Shown: positions 1 through 10,514, counted from the stretch's first letter. The stretch: 64,000 nucleotides of DNA from an uncultured Chloroflexia bacterium (GCA_963751345.1 CAVVUS010000012.1:1-64000); one strand, 5' to 3'. Program-made: numbers and translations. The notes: generated by a model not told the origin, from the sequence alone.

Positions 1-300
1 GCACCGACCATTGCCAGGTAGTTGATGAAGTTCTTGGACACGGCGATGGGGTGCAGGGCGGCATCGGCGGAATATCGGTCCGTCCCAAGTCACGAAGGAC
101 CTGAACCGACTGATTGTACTCAGCAATGCGGTTGTGGACCATGATCGCGCCGAGCCCGATGGCGGTCAAGGAAAGAGCCAGGAGCATCACGAGGGACACC
201 ACAAACAGCCGGTTGCGGAAGGCGTCGGTGAACTCCTTCTTTGCCAGCGCCCATAGTTGACGACGACGCTGGGGCGAGTGATTGGAGCAGCAGTATTCAT
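1..300 (-). CDS. ABC-2 type transporter permease subunit, 5' part (runs off window edge; frame breaks)
   Basis: Reverse strand reads LWALAKKEFTDAFRNRLFVVSLVMLLALSLTAIGLGAIM, paralogous to the permease at 1128-2063; ATG at 300 after a GAGGAG SD. Confidence 0.75.
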
Positions 301-320
301 TCTTGATCTCCTCAGTTCCG

Positions 321-1118
321 TTACCGGCGCCCGCTGACGCGGAAGTCGAACACCACACCAGCGATGCCGATCGCGACAATGCCTCCTGCGACCGCGAGAT
401 AGCGGGGATTGTTCTGAACGCGGACGCTCAGCGAACTCTGCGCACCGTCGACCTGGTCGCTGTGCATCGACAGAAGCACGGACTGGTCCATCGCCGTCTG
501 CGAGGTTGGCACGGTGACGCTTGCGTGGTATGTCGCCTCGGCACCAGGGTCAAGGCTGCTAACCGTCGCGGGATCGACCTGCACGTCCCACGTTGCCGGA
601 GCATCCACAGCTAGACTGACGTCCGTCAAGGTTGCCGCACCCGTATTCGCCGCGGTCACGTCGAAGGCGAACGTCTGCCCCCGGAAGGTCGTCACGTTCA
701 TGTTCTGGCTGATGATCTCGATGGCGTAGGTGTTTTCTACGTTTAGGACAATAGGGATGATCAACTCCTCGCCATCGTCACGTGTAGCCACCACGGCACC
801 CACGTACCGCCCCACACCTGTGTCCGACGGAACTCCCACCCGAAGGGTCACTAAGCCATACTTATGCGGGGCCAGCGTCACAGCCTCGATAACCGGGCCC
901 GTCTGTACAAAGGTCAGAGCCAGGCCATCCGGCAACCCGCGGGCTGCCAACCGGTACGTATGGCTATCCGGAGTTTCATTAGCCAGCTCCACCAAGTATT
1001 GGCCCATACCACCAGCCTGCACCGTCTGCGCCGGCGTGATGGCGTCGGCTGCGACGCAGTTGGGGCTCAACACCGCCAGGAAAACGATGACCGTTACTGC
1101 AGCGATTACGTATTTCAC
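321..1118 (-). CDS. Exported, membrane-anchored NEW3/Ig-like domain protein of the ABC-2 operon
   Basis: Signal peptide; NTGAATLTDVSLAVDAPATWDV..SSLDPG NEW3-like motif; C-terminal TM helix plus basic tail. Confidence 0.75.
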   Translation of the reverse strand: MKYVIAAVTVIVFLAVLSPNCVAADAITPAQTVQAGGMGQYLVELANETPDSHTYRLAARGLPDGLALTFVQTGPVIEAVTLAPHKYGLVTLRVGVPSDTGVGRYVGAVVATRDDGEELIIPIVLNVENTYAIEIISQNMNVTTFRGQTFAFDVTAANTGAATLTDVSLAVDAPATWDVQVDPATVSSLDPGAEATYHASVTVPTSQTAMDQSVLLSMHSDQVDGAQSSLSVRVQNNPRYLAVAGGIVAIGIAGVVFDFRVSGRR

Positions 1119-1127
1119 GGTGTTCGC

Positions 1128-2063
1128 CTATTCCAATGTCAGCGCTTCGCTGCGCAAGAAGGTAGCATAGGCCGCGGCTACGGCGGCGATGACCGGCACC
1201 AGCAGGACCAAGAGCGACGTCAGGCTACGAGTCACAAGGGCGCCGGGACTTAGTGTGGCACTGCCGGGCGACACCTCCAGCAGTTGGTTGCCGATCGTAC
1301 GCAGGTGCCACGTGGGTGACAGAGAATCAAGAGCCCGTGATACGAATGTGTCCTGTGGGATCTGGCTGGTCGTGCCGCTGACGCTGTTGACGACGGTGCT
1401 GTTCAGCATCTGGGTCTCAGCCATCTGCGGAATCACGAAACTCACCGTCATCCAGAGGACCAGGGACACGAGAAAAACGCTGGTGCTGCTCTTCATATTG
1501 ATACTGAGCAGGGTCGAAACCGCGAGAAAGACGCCCATGTAGACAAAGGCGATTCCCACGAAGGCGGCCAGACGTGCGACCTCGCCCGCGGTCGGCCAGA
1601 CACCACGGATGGCGACGAGCAGGATCAGGTTTGCCACCAGGACGGCAGCTAGCAGGACGGCGATGATCGCCCCATTGCCCAGGAGTTTGCCGGTGAGCAA
1701 GGTGTCACGATACACGGGTCGCGAGAGGATCAGCCTGAGGCCGCCGGTTTCCTTCTCCTCGATGAGAGTGTTGTAGCCCAGGACTACCGCGAGGATCGCG
1801 CCCACGATGGCGACGTATTCCGTCAGGTTCGACAAGATCGTCAACGTGTGAATCTCCGGCGCTTCCGGAAGTACCTTGGCTCCCTGAGCCTTGAGCATAG
1901 CGACCGTCTCGTGGTAAAGCCGGATTTCCGCGCGCTTGGTCGTGCTGCCGATGTATACGGATAGCATCGAGAGGGCCAAGAACAGCAGTGTGATCGTGAC
2001 GAACATTCGGTTTCTGAACGCGGTCCGGACTTCCTTTGCAGCGATGGTCAGAGTCGCGTTCAT
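1128..2063 (-). CDS. ABC-2 type transporter permease (NosY-like family)
   Basis: IAAKEVR N-terminus; GYNTLIEEKETGGLRLILSRPVYR..GK motif; multiple TM helices. Confidence 0.88.
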   Translation of the reverse strand: MNATLTIAAKEVRTAFRNRMFVTITLLFLALSMLSVYIGSTTKRAEIRLYHETVAMLKAQGAKVLPEAPEIHTLTILSNLTEYVAIVGAILAVVLGYNTLIEEKETGGLRLILSRPVYRDTLLTGKLLGNGAIIAVLLAAVLVANLILLVAIRGVWPTAGEVARLAAFVGIAFVYMGVFLAVSTLLSINMKSSTSVFLVSLVLWMTVSFVIPQMAETQMLNSTVVNSVSGTTSQIPQDTFVSRALDSLSPTWHLRTIGNQLLEVSPGSATLSPGALVTRSLTSLLVLLVPVIAAVAAAYATFLRSEALTLE

Positions 2064-2818
2064 GCAGCGTCCCCTGTCTCCGTGGTCCAGCCGTTATGCT
2101 CGAAGTGCAGGTAGATCTCCTCCAGCGAGCGATCATTGGAGAAGCGGGACGCGAGGTTGTCCAGCGAATCCGAGACCATCAGGCGGCCGTGGTTCAGTAT
2201 CCCGATGCTCGTGCACATTCTGGTCACCCGGTCCAGTTGATGCGTATTCATAAAGATGGTGATGCCGAATTCGTGGTTGAGGTGCACGATCAGATCTTCG
2301 ATCTCGTGCGCCCCTTCGGGATCCAGACCGGAGGATGGCTCATCCATAAAGAGCACCTCAGGTCGGTGCAGTAACGCCTGGGCGATGCCGATCCGCTGTC
2401 GCATGCCCTTGGAAAATCCTCCTACCCGGCTGTCGCGCCACGTCAGGCGTCCGAGGAGGGCCAGAACTTCCGTGATACGCCTCGGCACATTCTCAACCCC
2501 CGAGAGGGTCGCGAAAAAGGCGAGGTTCTCCTCGACCGACAGGTCATTGTAGAGACGCACATTCTCGGGCACATATCCGATGCACTGCCGCACGGCCAGG
2601 TTGTCACGGACGATATCGTGGCCGCCGACCTCAGCCTTTCCTGAGGTTGGCAAGATCAACGTCGTCAGCAGATTGACGGTTGTCGTCTTGCCCGCGCCAT
2701 TGTGTCCCAGAAAGCCGAAGATCTCTCCCTGAGGGATGGTCAGGCTGAGGTGGTCAAGGGCAACGATATCGCCGTAACATCGCGTCAACTCGTGGGTTTC
2801 GATAGCTGGATTCCCCAT
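2060..2818 (-). CDS. ABC transporter ATP-binding protein
   Basis: Walker A GHNGAGKTT, signature FSKGMRQR, Walker B LFMDEP. Confidence 0.95.
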   Translation of the reverse strand: MGNPAIETHELTRCYGDIVALDHLSLTIPQGEIFGFLGHNGAGKTTTVNLLTTLILPTSGKAEVGGHDIVRDNLAVRQCIGYVPENVRLYNDLSVEENLAFFATLSGVENVPRRITEVLALLGRLTWRDSRVGGFSKGMRQRIGIAQALLHRPEVLFMDEPSSGLDPEGAHEIEDLIVHLNHEFGITIFMNTHQLDRVTRMCTSIGILNHGRLMVSDSLDNLASRFSNDRSLEEIYLHFEHNGWTTETGDAA

Positions 2819-2876
2819 AGATCTATTTGTTTCTCCCTTCCTGTCCTAAGGGCAGGCCTGTTCTGAATACGGAGCC

Positions 2877-2908
2877 ACTGTAAACCACCCAGGTAAATCT
2901 CAGTTGAA
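2877..2908 (-). promoter_or_regulatory. Putative OmpR-type tandem site plus -10 of the ABC operon
   Basis: TTCAA-N6-TTTAC-N10-TACAGT; same geometry as the sites at 3585-3627 and 5729-5760. Confidence 0.55.
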
Positions 2909-2992
2909 GTGGATCGGGGAATTCATCGCAGACTCCAGGAAGGGCACGTCGTCTATGAGGACTCAACGTGAAGCGTGATCTCTCATAACACG

Positions 2993-3028
2993 CAACCGCG
3001 CCCCCAGACTCATCTGGGGGCGCGGTTG
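2993..3028 (-). terminator. Stem-loop downstream of the PepSY gene
   Basis: CAACCGCGCCCCCAGA-ctca-TCTGGGGGCGCGGTTG, perfect 16-bp stem. Confidence 0.7.
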
Positions 3029-3050
3029 GCGTATCCGCAGCTAACGGGAG

Positions 3051-3515
3051 TTAGTCAGCGCCACTCTCGGCGCCCAGTACGGAACCGGTCATTGCATCGA
3101 CCTTCACGTCGGTACCGTTGATCTCGACACTGTAGACCAACTGACCATTCTCGTCATCCAACTCGACCTGGCTGGCCGTGCCGGCATTGAGGTACTTCTC
3201 GGCCGTTGCCTGAGCTACATCCGCCGTGATCGCGGGGGTGCCCAGAGGCGCGGCATCCTGTCCATCGGAGCTACCCTCGGCCTCGGCATCGGTCCCGGTA
3301 TCGGGGCCATTCTGTGGACCCTCCTGCACGTCCTGAGTATCAGTGTCCGGACCCTGGGTCGCAGCATCCGCCTCATCGTCCTGAGCGGCGGGAACCTGGC
3401 CCTGGGTTGCAGGGGGCGTCGGCGACTGCGCGAAGGTACGGACGGTGACGACGCCCATAGCGCCAACGACCAGAAGAGTCAGTGCAGCCATTGCCACAAA
3501 GCGGTTCAGTTTCAT
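3051..3515 (-). CDS. Secreted PepSY domain protein with acidic linker
   Basis: Signal peptide; C-terminal AITADVA..VELDDENGQLVYSVEI..VKVDAMTGSVL PepSY pattern. Confidence 0.88.
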   Translation of the reverse strand: MKLNRFVAMAALTLLVVGAMGVVTVRTFAQSPTPPATQGQVPAAQDDEADAATQGPDTDTQDVQEGPQNGPDTGTDAEAEGSSDGQDAAPLGTPAITADVAQATAEKYLNAGTASQVELDDENGQLVYSVEINGTDVKVDAMTGSVLGAESGAD

Positions 3516-3584
3516 TTTGAGACTCCTTCCAACTAAGTATAGGATTCGACGAGGTGGTTCGCTGATTACCCCGTCGTTGCTTCT

Positions 3585-3627
3585 ATACTAATGGGGCGAG
3601 ATGAAAGGAGCATGAAACGATCGTGAA
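3585..3627 (-). promoter_or_regulatory. Triple 11-bp-period OmpR-type site plus -10 of the PepSY gene
   Basis: TTCAC-N6-TTCAT-N6-TTCAT-N10-TAGTAT. Confidence 0.65.
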
Positions 3628-3634
3628 GAATCCT

Positions 3635-5017
3635 TCATGTTGTGGGGAGACTGACGGTGAATACCGTGCCGGCTCCCGGCTCACTGCGGACCCCGATGGT
3701 GCCGCCGTGAGCCCGAACAATGTCTTGCGCAATGGCCAGGCCCAGACCGACCCCGTTGCCGGAACGTGAGGCGTCGACCCGGTAGAATCGCTCGAAGATG
3801 TGGGGGAGGTGCTCAGCCGGGATACCGACGCCTGTGTCGGAAACGGCTACCTGCGTTACGGCGCCATAGTGATGCGCACCTACGGCGATCTCGCCGTGGT
3901 CCGTGTACTTGACCGCGTTGTCCAGCAGGTTCACGAACACCCGGATCAAAGCATCTTCATCTCCCTGAATCACCAGGCCCGGGTCAATCTCGCCCCTCAG
4001 TGTCAGCCCCTTGTTCTCGACCAGAGGGCGTAGAGCCTCGGTCACGCTGTCCAGCAAGGGCGTAAGCTCGACACGTTCGTGAGCAAGCGCTCCCTGTCCG
4101 TCACTGCGTGCCAAGGATAGTAGATCTTCGACCAATGTGCGGAGACGATCTGCCTCTTCGGCCAGGTCGGCCAACGTCTGCTCATACTCGTCGGCGGTGC
4201 GGCGCTCCTCACGCATGACGCTGAGAATGGCCTGCATTGCAGCTAGTGGCGTGCGAAGCTCGTGGGAGGCGTCGGCGACGAAGCGACGCTCCCGGCGGAA
4301 GGATTCGTCCAGTCGCGCAAGCATCTTGTCAAAGGTGGCGGCAAGCCGCCCGACCTCGTCATGGGTGTTCGGCAGATTGAGCCGTGCGGAGAGGTCCTGC
4401 GACGAGATGTGATCCGCAGTGCGGGTGATGATGTCGATCGGCGCCAACGCCTTAGTCGCCAGGACGTACCCGCCCAATGCGGCAACGATAGCCACAATAG
4501 GTGCGCCGATGAAGAGTGCCGTGCGTAATCGAGCTAACGTCTCTACCACATCGTTGAGATTCTGCACGACCTGGAGGATCCCGGTGACCTGCCCGTTCTC
4601 CACGATTGGGGTCGTGTAGAGGCGGAGGGTCTCGGCGTCTTCAGCTTTGGCCAGCGTGATGAAGCCGGACCTCTGCAGGCGAGCTGATGCCAGATCTGCA
4701 GCTCGTAACGGGATCGAACCGTAGGGACCAAACGCATCTATGAGGTTACCCTGGGGATCGAAAGCACGCACCGTTAACCCACGATCGCTCAGGTCGAGCC
4801 CGGCAGTGACGACGTCCAGGCCGCCGTCGGAGATCTCAACGCGACCATTTTCCGAGTTGATGGTCGCGATGGCCTGAACAGCGCTGAGCTGCAGGCTGTC
4901 ATCGATCGACGCATACAGGCCGCGAGCAAGGCTGGAGTAGACGAGCCCGCCGAATATGACCATCACGACAACTAATAACCCCGCGACCCATATAGCGAAC
5001 CGCGCGCGTAGAGTCAT
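3635..5017 (-). CDS. HAMP-domain sensor histidine kinase (heavy-metal-sensor-like)
   Basis: Two TM helices, HAMP, H-box ADASHELRTPL, N-box NLLDNAVKY, G boxes DTGVGI and GVGLGL. Confidence 0.95.
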   Translation of the reverse strand: MTLRARFAIWVAGLLVVVMVIFGGLVYSSLARGLYASIDDSLQLSAVQAIATINSENGRVEISDGGLDVVTAGLDLSDRGLTVRAFDPQGNLIDAFGPYGSIPLRAADLASARLQRSGFITLAKAEDAETLRLYTTPIVENGQVTGILQVVQNLNDVVETLARLRTALFIGAPIVAIVAALGGYVLATKALAPIDIITRTADHISSQDLSARLNLPNTHDEVGRLAATFDKMLARLDESFRRERRFVADASHELRTPLAAMQAILSVMREERRTADEYEQTLADLAEEADRLRTLVEDLLSLARSDGQGALAHERVELTPLLDSVTEALRPLVENKGLTLRGEIDPGLVIQGDEDALIRVFVNLLDNAVKYTDHGEIAVGAHHYGAVTQVAVSDTGVGIPAEHLPHIFERFYRVDASRSGNGVGLGLAIAQDIVRAHGGTIGVRSEPGAGTVFTVSLPTT

Positions 5018-5025
5018 GGCCGGCG

Positions 5026-5702
5026 CTATACCTCAACGTCGAGGCGATATCCCGCGCCGCGCTCGGTGTGGATGAGCTTGGGGTCGAAGTCGTCATCCAG
5101 TTTGCGCCGTAGGTTGCGAATGTAGACATCCACGACATTGGACTGGTTAAAGACGTCGTAGTTCCAGACGTGCTCGGCGATCATCGTGCGGCTGAGCACG
5201 CGCCCCGGTTCGCGCATCAGGCACTCCAGGATAGTGTATTCCTTCGCTGTAGGTCGATGCGTTTGCCACCCCGCTGCACCTGATGCGTGAGCGTGTCCAG
5301 GGTCAGATCTGCAATCTGGAGTACTACATCCTTAGGTTGATCCGTAGCGCGGCGCGTCAGGGCACGCAGCCGTGCCAGCAGCTCCTTGAAGGCAAAGGGC
5401 TTGGTGAGGTAATCATCGGCTCCTGCGTCCAGCCCTGTCACACGATCGTCGACCGCATCGCGCGCCGTGAGCATGAGGATGGGGGCGGGCAGGCCACGCT
5501 CTCGCAACGTGCGACAAACGGCCACGCCATCCAGTTCCGGCAGCATAATATCCAGGATGACTACGTCAAACGTGGCTACATCGACCCAGTCCAAGGCCTC
5601 TCGGCCATCATATGCAACGTCGACGGCATACCCCTGTTCTTCAAGACCCCGCTTGACGTAGGACGAGATCTTGCGTTCATCTTCCACAATCAGTGCGCGC
5701 AT
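5026..5702 (-). CDS. OmpR/PhoB-family response regulator (one frame break near 5250)
   Basis: Receiver domain (LIVEDE, LDIMLP, KPF) in ORF 5217-5702; winged-helix end (VDVYIRNLRRKL..TERGAGY) in ORF 5026-5217. Confidence 0.93.
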
Positions 5703-5728
5703 GCGCTATTCCTCCTATACTTTGCAGG

Positions 5729-5760
5729 AGTATAGCCGCCGAAGATGAAGAGAAGATGAA
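5729..5760 (-). promoter_or_regulatory. Putative autoregulatory tandem site plus -10 of the two-component operon
   Basis: TTCAT-N6-TTCAT-N10-TATACT. Confidence 0.65.
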
Positions 5761-5860
5761 AAGCGTTGCCTGGTTGCACCTCCCTGTCGTCGGCCCTTGC
5801 TACGAAGACCGGCGCAAGCGCCACCGGGGCATTCGCGCTACCGAGCTCGTCTATCGACTG

Positions 5861-7054
5861 TCACGCCGCCGCCGTCGCATTCGCCGGCCTGGGGCCCGTA
5901 GCATACGGCATCCCGTTCTTGTCGATACAGGCGACCGCCTGGACGATGGCTTTGGGATTCTGCACGGTGATCGGGTCATCTGCCACGTAGTTGCGCATGC
6001 GTGCGCCAAAGAGGCTGACTGTGAGGGGCTCATCGCCTCGCACCAGCACGAAGTCCTGTGACTGTCCGACCGTCGTCAGGGCGCCGTTCCCACCGGAGAA
6101 ACACTCTACATTCGAGATCGCCGTGTGCCCCCGCCCCTCAATGATGAAGGGATGGATATCCTCCAGTGGGGCACCGGCGTTGGCGATGATCGAGCCCTGA
6201 CCGATCTGCCAGTTGCGGTTGAAGTCGTTGTCGCCCAACTTGTGGATCCCTACACAGACACAGTCCAGGTTGAAGTTGGTCAACTGGCCATAGGTCGCCG
6301 CACCCAGATAAATACCGCCCCACGTACCAAAGGTGAAGAGATCCATGAGCTGGGCGTTGTCGGTGTGGTCGATGATGTAGCTGAACGTCTTCCTGGCCAT
6401 CACGGCATCGATCACGGCCTTCTTATGTCCGCCATCGATAAACCGCCGGTTCGCGGGATTGATGTGACAATGCAAGATCCGGGGGATGTCATAGCAGTAG
6501 TCAATCGCGACGAAGGTGCCGCTGAGTGGATAGCCGTAGCAGTGCTCGATCAGTATCTGCTCGACGATCCGGCCTCGTTGCGCTCTGAAATCCATCGCCA
6601 GATATTCCCCGTAGAAGGTGAGACCTGACAGCGTCACGCCCTGGGCACCACTGACTTGAGAGGCCTGAATAGTAGGTGGATAGGCGATGATCTTCGCAGC
6701 ATCGTCCGCGGTCTGTCTTGGATACCAGAACTGGATTCCTCGGACCTGGGTCGCGTGTTCCACGGTCAGAAAGGGCCTGGACTCATCCTCGATCGCAAAG
6801 ACGCTGCCGACGGGCTGTGGCTTATGCGGGTGACGGGTGCCACGTCCCACGGGGCCGTGCACGCCGATCAACGAGGCATTCTGGCGCAGTATCACACCGC
6901 CTTCCACCGGGTAGGGCTCCTCGGTAGGTTCGACGAACAGCGCCGCGCCACGCGGTGAAGCCCAGTCGATGGCTGCCTGGAGCGCTTCACGATTATCCGC
7001 CGCCGAGTTCTCCGCCAAGACACCAAAGTCGCGAATGCTCTTGTACATCGTCAC
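5861..7054 (-). CDS. Pectate-lyase-superfamily-like right-handed beta-helix protein, function unknown
   Basis: N-terminal SIRDFGV..ADNREALQAAID motif typical of Pectate_lyase_3/GH55/GH28-like N-termini; no signal peptide. Confidence 0.6.
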   Translation of the reverse strand: MTMYKSIRDFGVLAENSAADNREALQAAIDWASPRGAALFVEPTEEPYPVEGGVILRQNASLIGVHGPVGRGTRHPHKPQPVGSVFAIEDESRPFLTVEHATQVRGIQFWYPRQTADDAAKIIAYPPTIQASQVSGAQGVTLSGLTFYGEYLAMDFRAQRGRIVEQILIEHCYGYPLSGTFVAIDYCYDIPRILHCHINPANRRFIDGGHKKAVIDAVMARKTFSYIIDHTDNAQLMDLFTFGTWGGIYLGAATYGQLTNFNLDCVCVGIHKLGDNDFNRNWQIGQGSIIANAGAPLEDIHPFIIEGRGHTAISNVECFSGGNGALTTVGQSQDFVLVRGDEPLTVSLFGARMRNYVADDPITVQNPKAIVQAVACIDKNGMPYATGPRPANATAAA

Positions 7055-7334
7055 CTCGTCTCGCGCTACCTAAAGAACCACACAGAACACAAGCCTTCAT
7101 AGTCCAATTGCACAGTCTCAGCAGTGTAACCACTCACGACAGCCTGGCAACCGACGGTCGCGAGGCTGCCGGTCCGCACCCCCTTGGCCACTATGGCGGT
7201 CTTGCAGGTCCGCCAAATGGCCTAGTACCTGCGACCGCTGAACAACCCTTCGACGACCCGTGACCTGGTGCTATCCTAAGATCAACCATGCAAGGGTTTG
7301 GGTTCATTGTATGGCCAGAATATAGGAGGCTTAT

Positions 7335-7526
7335 ATGGCACAACAGGTCAAGGATGTCGTTTGTGGGATGATGGTGGACCCGGATACCGCGCCGGCGAAG
7401 GCGACGTACAAGGGCGAGACTTACTACTTCTGCTCGCCGGGCTGCAAGGTCTCGTTTGAGCGGAATCCGGAGCAGTATCTCCAGCCGGAGAACGCCGGAG
7501 CCCATCAGCACGCCCACCATCACTAG
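7335..7526 (+). CDS. YHS domain metal-binding protein with His-rich tail
   Basis: KDVVCGMMVD..YKGETYYFCSPGCKVSFERNPEQY; ends HQHAHHH; AGGAGG SD. Confidence 0.93.
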   Translation: MAQQVKDVVCGMMVDPDTAPAKATYKGETYYFCSPGCKVSFERNPEQYLQPENAGAHQHAHHH

Positions 7527-7539
7527 GAACACTGACTAC

Positions 7540-7570
7540 AGAGCGCCTTCGAAATCGAGGGCGCTCTTTG
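7540..7570. terminator. Hairpin between the convergent YHS and moeB genes
   Basis: AGAGCGCCTTCGA-aa-TCGAGGGCGCTCT followed by TTG. Confidence 0.65.
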
Positions 7571-7624
7571 GTATCCGGGTAATTTCCGCAAGCAGGTCCA
7601 TTATCACCGCCCGGGATGTTCGTC

Positions 7625-8675
7625 CTAGCCTCCAACGTAGCGAGCATAGAGTGCCCGGGCCACGGCAAGATCGTCTGTCCCCTTGATGATCGCGCGCCCA
7701 TCCCTGAAGAGCGTCAGTTCGTATCCGCCGGTACGGAACCGCAGCAGATAAGCATTGTGGTCCAGTTCGCCCAGCGGGGCCAGGCGAGCTGCCAGCGCAG
7801 GGAAGTCGGGCGGTTGCCTGTCCTTGGAGTTGCCTCCGGGCCTTGCCGAAGGGCTTCACCTGTACGGCGTCGCGACCACAAAGCGCAGCACTTGCCGTCC
7901 CTTGACGCCCCTCCAGGAAGTCGTAACGGTGCTCGTCACACGCCGGACAGGGCTCCTCGCCCTTGGTCAGGCCGATGCGCTCAACGATCCCTCGCCACAC
8001 GTCGACGTAGCGCAGATCGCGGCACAGGGCGTCGCTCTGACCGGTGAGCAGCTTGAGCGCCTCGGTCACCTGGAGCGCTGCGATGACCTGTGGAACCGTT
8101 CCCAGCACCCCCACCATATCACAGGTGTCGGTCGTGCCGGGGGCGGGCAGATCACCGACCATGCAGCGGAAGCACGGCCCATCTCCCGGCACAAACGGCG
8201 CCGTCATCCCATACATGCCGATCGCCGCGCCGTAGATCCAGGGCCGCCGGTGCTTGAGACAGGCATCGTTCACCAACATCCGAACCTCAAAGTTGTCGCC
8301 GCCATCGAGCACGAGGTCGCAGTCGGCGACCAATGCCTCGACGTTGTGAAAGTCGACGTCTGCCACAACTGGCTCCACCGTCACCTGGCGGTTCACGCGC
8401 TGCAGCTTCCTCGCTGCCGCCACGGCTTTCGGAAGGTTAGCGGCGATGTCATCCTCGTCGAAGAGCGCCTGTCGCTGCAGGTTGTGCTCCTCGATGTAGT
8501 CGCGATCCACCAGGCGCACATATCCCACCCCTGCCCTTACGACGCCCGAGGCCAGCGCCGTGCCGAGCGCCCCCACACCGATCACGACGACGCGCGAGCG
8601 CAGCAGCCGCTCCTGCCCCTCGACGCCGATCTCAGACAGCAAGATCTGGCGAGAGTAGCGAGTCAGGTCGGGCAT
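7625..8675 (-). CDS. moeB: ThiF/MoeB-family adenylyltransferase (frame break near 7800; true end YARYVGG*)
   Basis: RYSRQ, GVGALG, DRDYIEEHNLQRQ, PCFRC, TCD catalytic Cys, CPAC; C-terminal LTLFRDGRAIIKGT in the shifted frame. Confidence 0.88.
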
Positions 8676-8727
8676 CTGAAAGTCGTCTCCCTTCGCGTTT
8701 CCCCTGCCGGCGAAGCAGCAGAAGCTC

Positions 8728-9583
8728 TCAAGCCTGAGAGGTCCCCTCAGCGACGAGCGTCTCGCCTGCCAAAACCTCGTTCATACTGCCGCTGCGGAAT
8801 CCCTCGAGATCGACGGTGACATAGGCATAGCCGAGCTCTTTGAGGCTGGCGACGAGGCGCCCGCGGTTCGGCTCCTGGAGCAGCCTCGGGAGATCCGGCA
8901 GTTCTACCTCGAGGCGAGCTACGGTATCGTGGTGGCGAACGCGCACTTGGCGCAGCCCGAACTCCGCCCGCAGCAGATCCTCTGCCGCCTCCACGCGACC
9001 CAGCGCCTCGGCTGTGATTCGGGCACGGTAGGGGAACCGAGAGGCGAGACAGGCCATAGCAGGTTTGTCCCACGTCGGAAGCCCCCTTTCCCTGGAGAGC
9101 GCACGTACGTCATCCTTGGTCAGCCCCGCCTCAAGCAGCGGGGCACGCGCACCCCATTCCTTCGCAGCCCGCATGCCCGGCCGGTGATCTCCCAAATCGT
9201 CCAGGGTTGCGCCGTAGACCACGTGCTGGAACCCAGCTTCCCGAGCCATCTTCGTCAGATCGGCGAAGAGATGGCCCTTGCAGAAGTAGCAGCGCTCCGG
9301 GGGATTGTCTCGCGAAGTTCGGGTCGCCCAATTCATCCGTGGTGATCTGCCGCTGGCGGGCGCCCAAGGTCCGGGCCAGCTCCGCCGCTGCCTCTCGCTC
9401 GCTGGCGGGATAGGTCGGCGAATTGGCCGTGACAGCAAGAACACGCTCCGTGCCGAGGGCGTCGATCGACGCCGCCAGCAGATACGAGCTGTCCACTCCC
9501 CCGGAGAAAGCCACGACCACGCTGCCGAGCTCGCGCAGTTGGTCGTTCAGCCGCGTACGCTTGTCAATCAAGGTATCCATCAT
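8728..9583 (-). CDS. larE: ATP-dependent sacrificial sulfur transferase LarE family (frame break near 9320)
   Basis: PP-loop AFSGGVDS, RCYFCK, RPGMRAA, WDKPAMACLASRFPY, VDLEGFRSGSMN. Confidence 0.9.
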
Positions 9584-10514
9584 CAGTCCACATCGAAGAG
9601 CGGCGTGCTCAGGTACCGTTCACCGGTATCGGGCAGGATCACCAGCGATCAGCTTGCCGGTGTTTTCCGACCGTCGAGCGACCTGGACCGCCGCGTACAC
9701 CGCTGCGCCCGAGCTGATCCCGGCCAGGATCCCCTCTTCCCTCGTCAGCCGACGTCCCATCGCTATCGCCTCGTCTCCGGTAACGTGGAAGACTTCGTCG
9801 ATGATATCCGTGTTCAGTACCGCCGGCACAAACCCGGCGCCGATGCCCTGGATCTTGTGACCGCCCGGCGCCCCACCGGCCAGGACCGGGGACTCGGTCG
9901 GCTCAATAGCGATAGCCTGGAGCCCTGGCTTCTTCGCCTTCAGAGTCTCGGCGACACCGGTGATGGTGCCACCGGTGCCCACACCTGCGACCAGGATATC
10001 CACCTGGCCGTCCGTATCGCGCCAGATTTCCAGCGCCGTGGTCTCGCGATGGATCTGTGGGTTGGCCGGATTCTCAAACTGCTGCAGAACGAAGGCATCG
10101 GGCCTCTCAGTCGGCCAACTCAGCAGCCTTGTCGATCGCGCCCTTCATCCCTCCCGCCCCCGGCGTCAACACCAGTTCGGCGCCCAGCGCCTTCAGCAGC
10201 TTGCGCCGCTCTATGCTCATCGTGTCCGGCATTGTCAGGACCAACTTGTACCCACGCGCAGCGCAGACGAACGCCAGGGCGATGCCGGTATTCCCGCTGG
10301 TCGGTTCGATGATGAGCGTGCCCCGACCGATGCGCCCCTCGCGTTCTGCTGCGTCGATCATGCTCACGCCGATCCGGTCCTTGACACTGCTCAATGGATT
10401 GAAGAACTCCAGTTTGGCTACGACTTCGGCGACCGCGCCACCGGTCACCCGGTTCAATCGAACCAGAGGTGTATTTCCCACTAACTTCGTCATATCGGTT
10501 GCGATTCTCATCAT
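9583..10514 (-). CDS. cysK: Cysteine synthase A (several frame breaks)
   Basis: [12 protein letters not shown]-lysine motif [42 protein letters not shown]. Confidence 0.93.
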
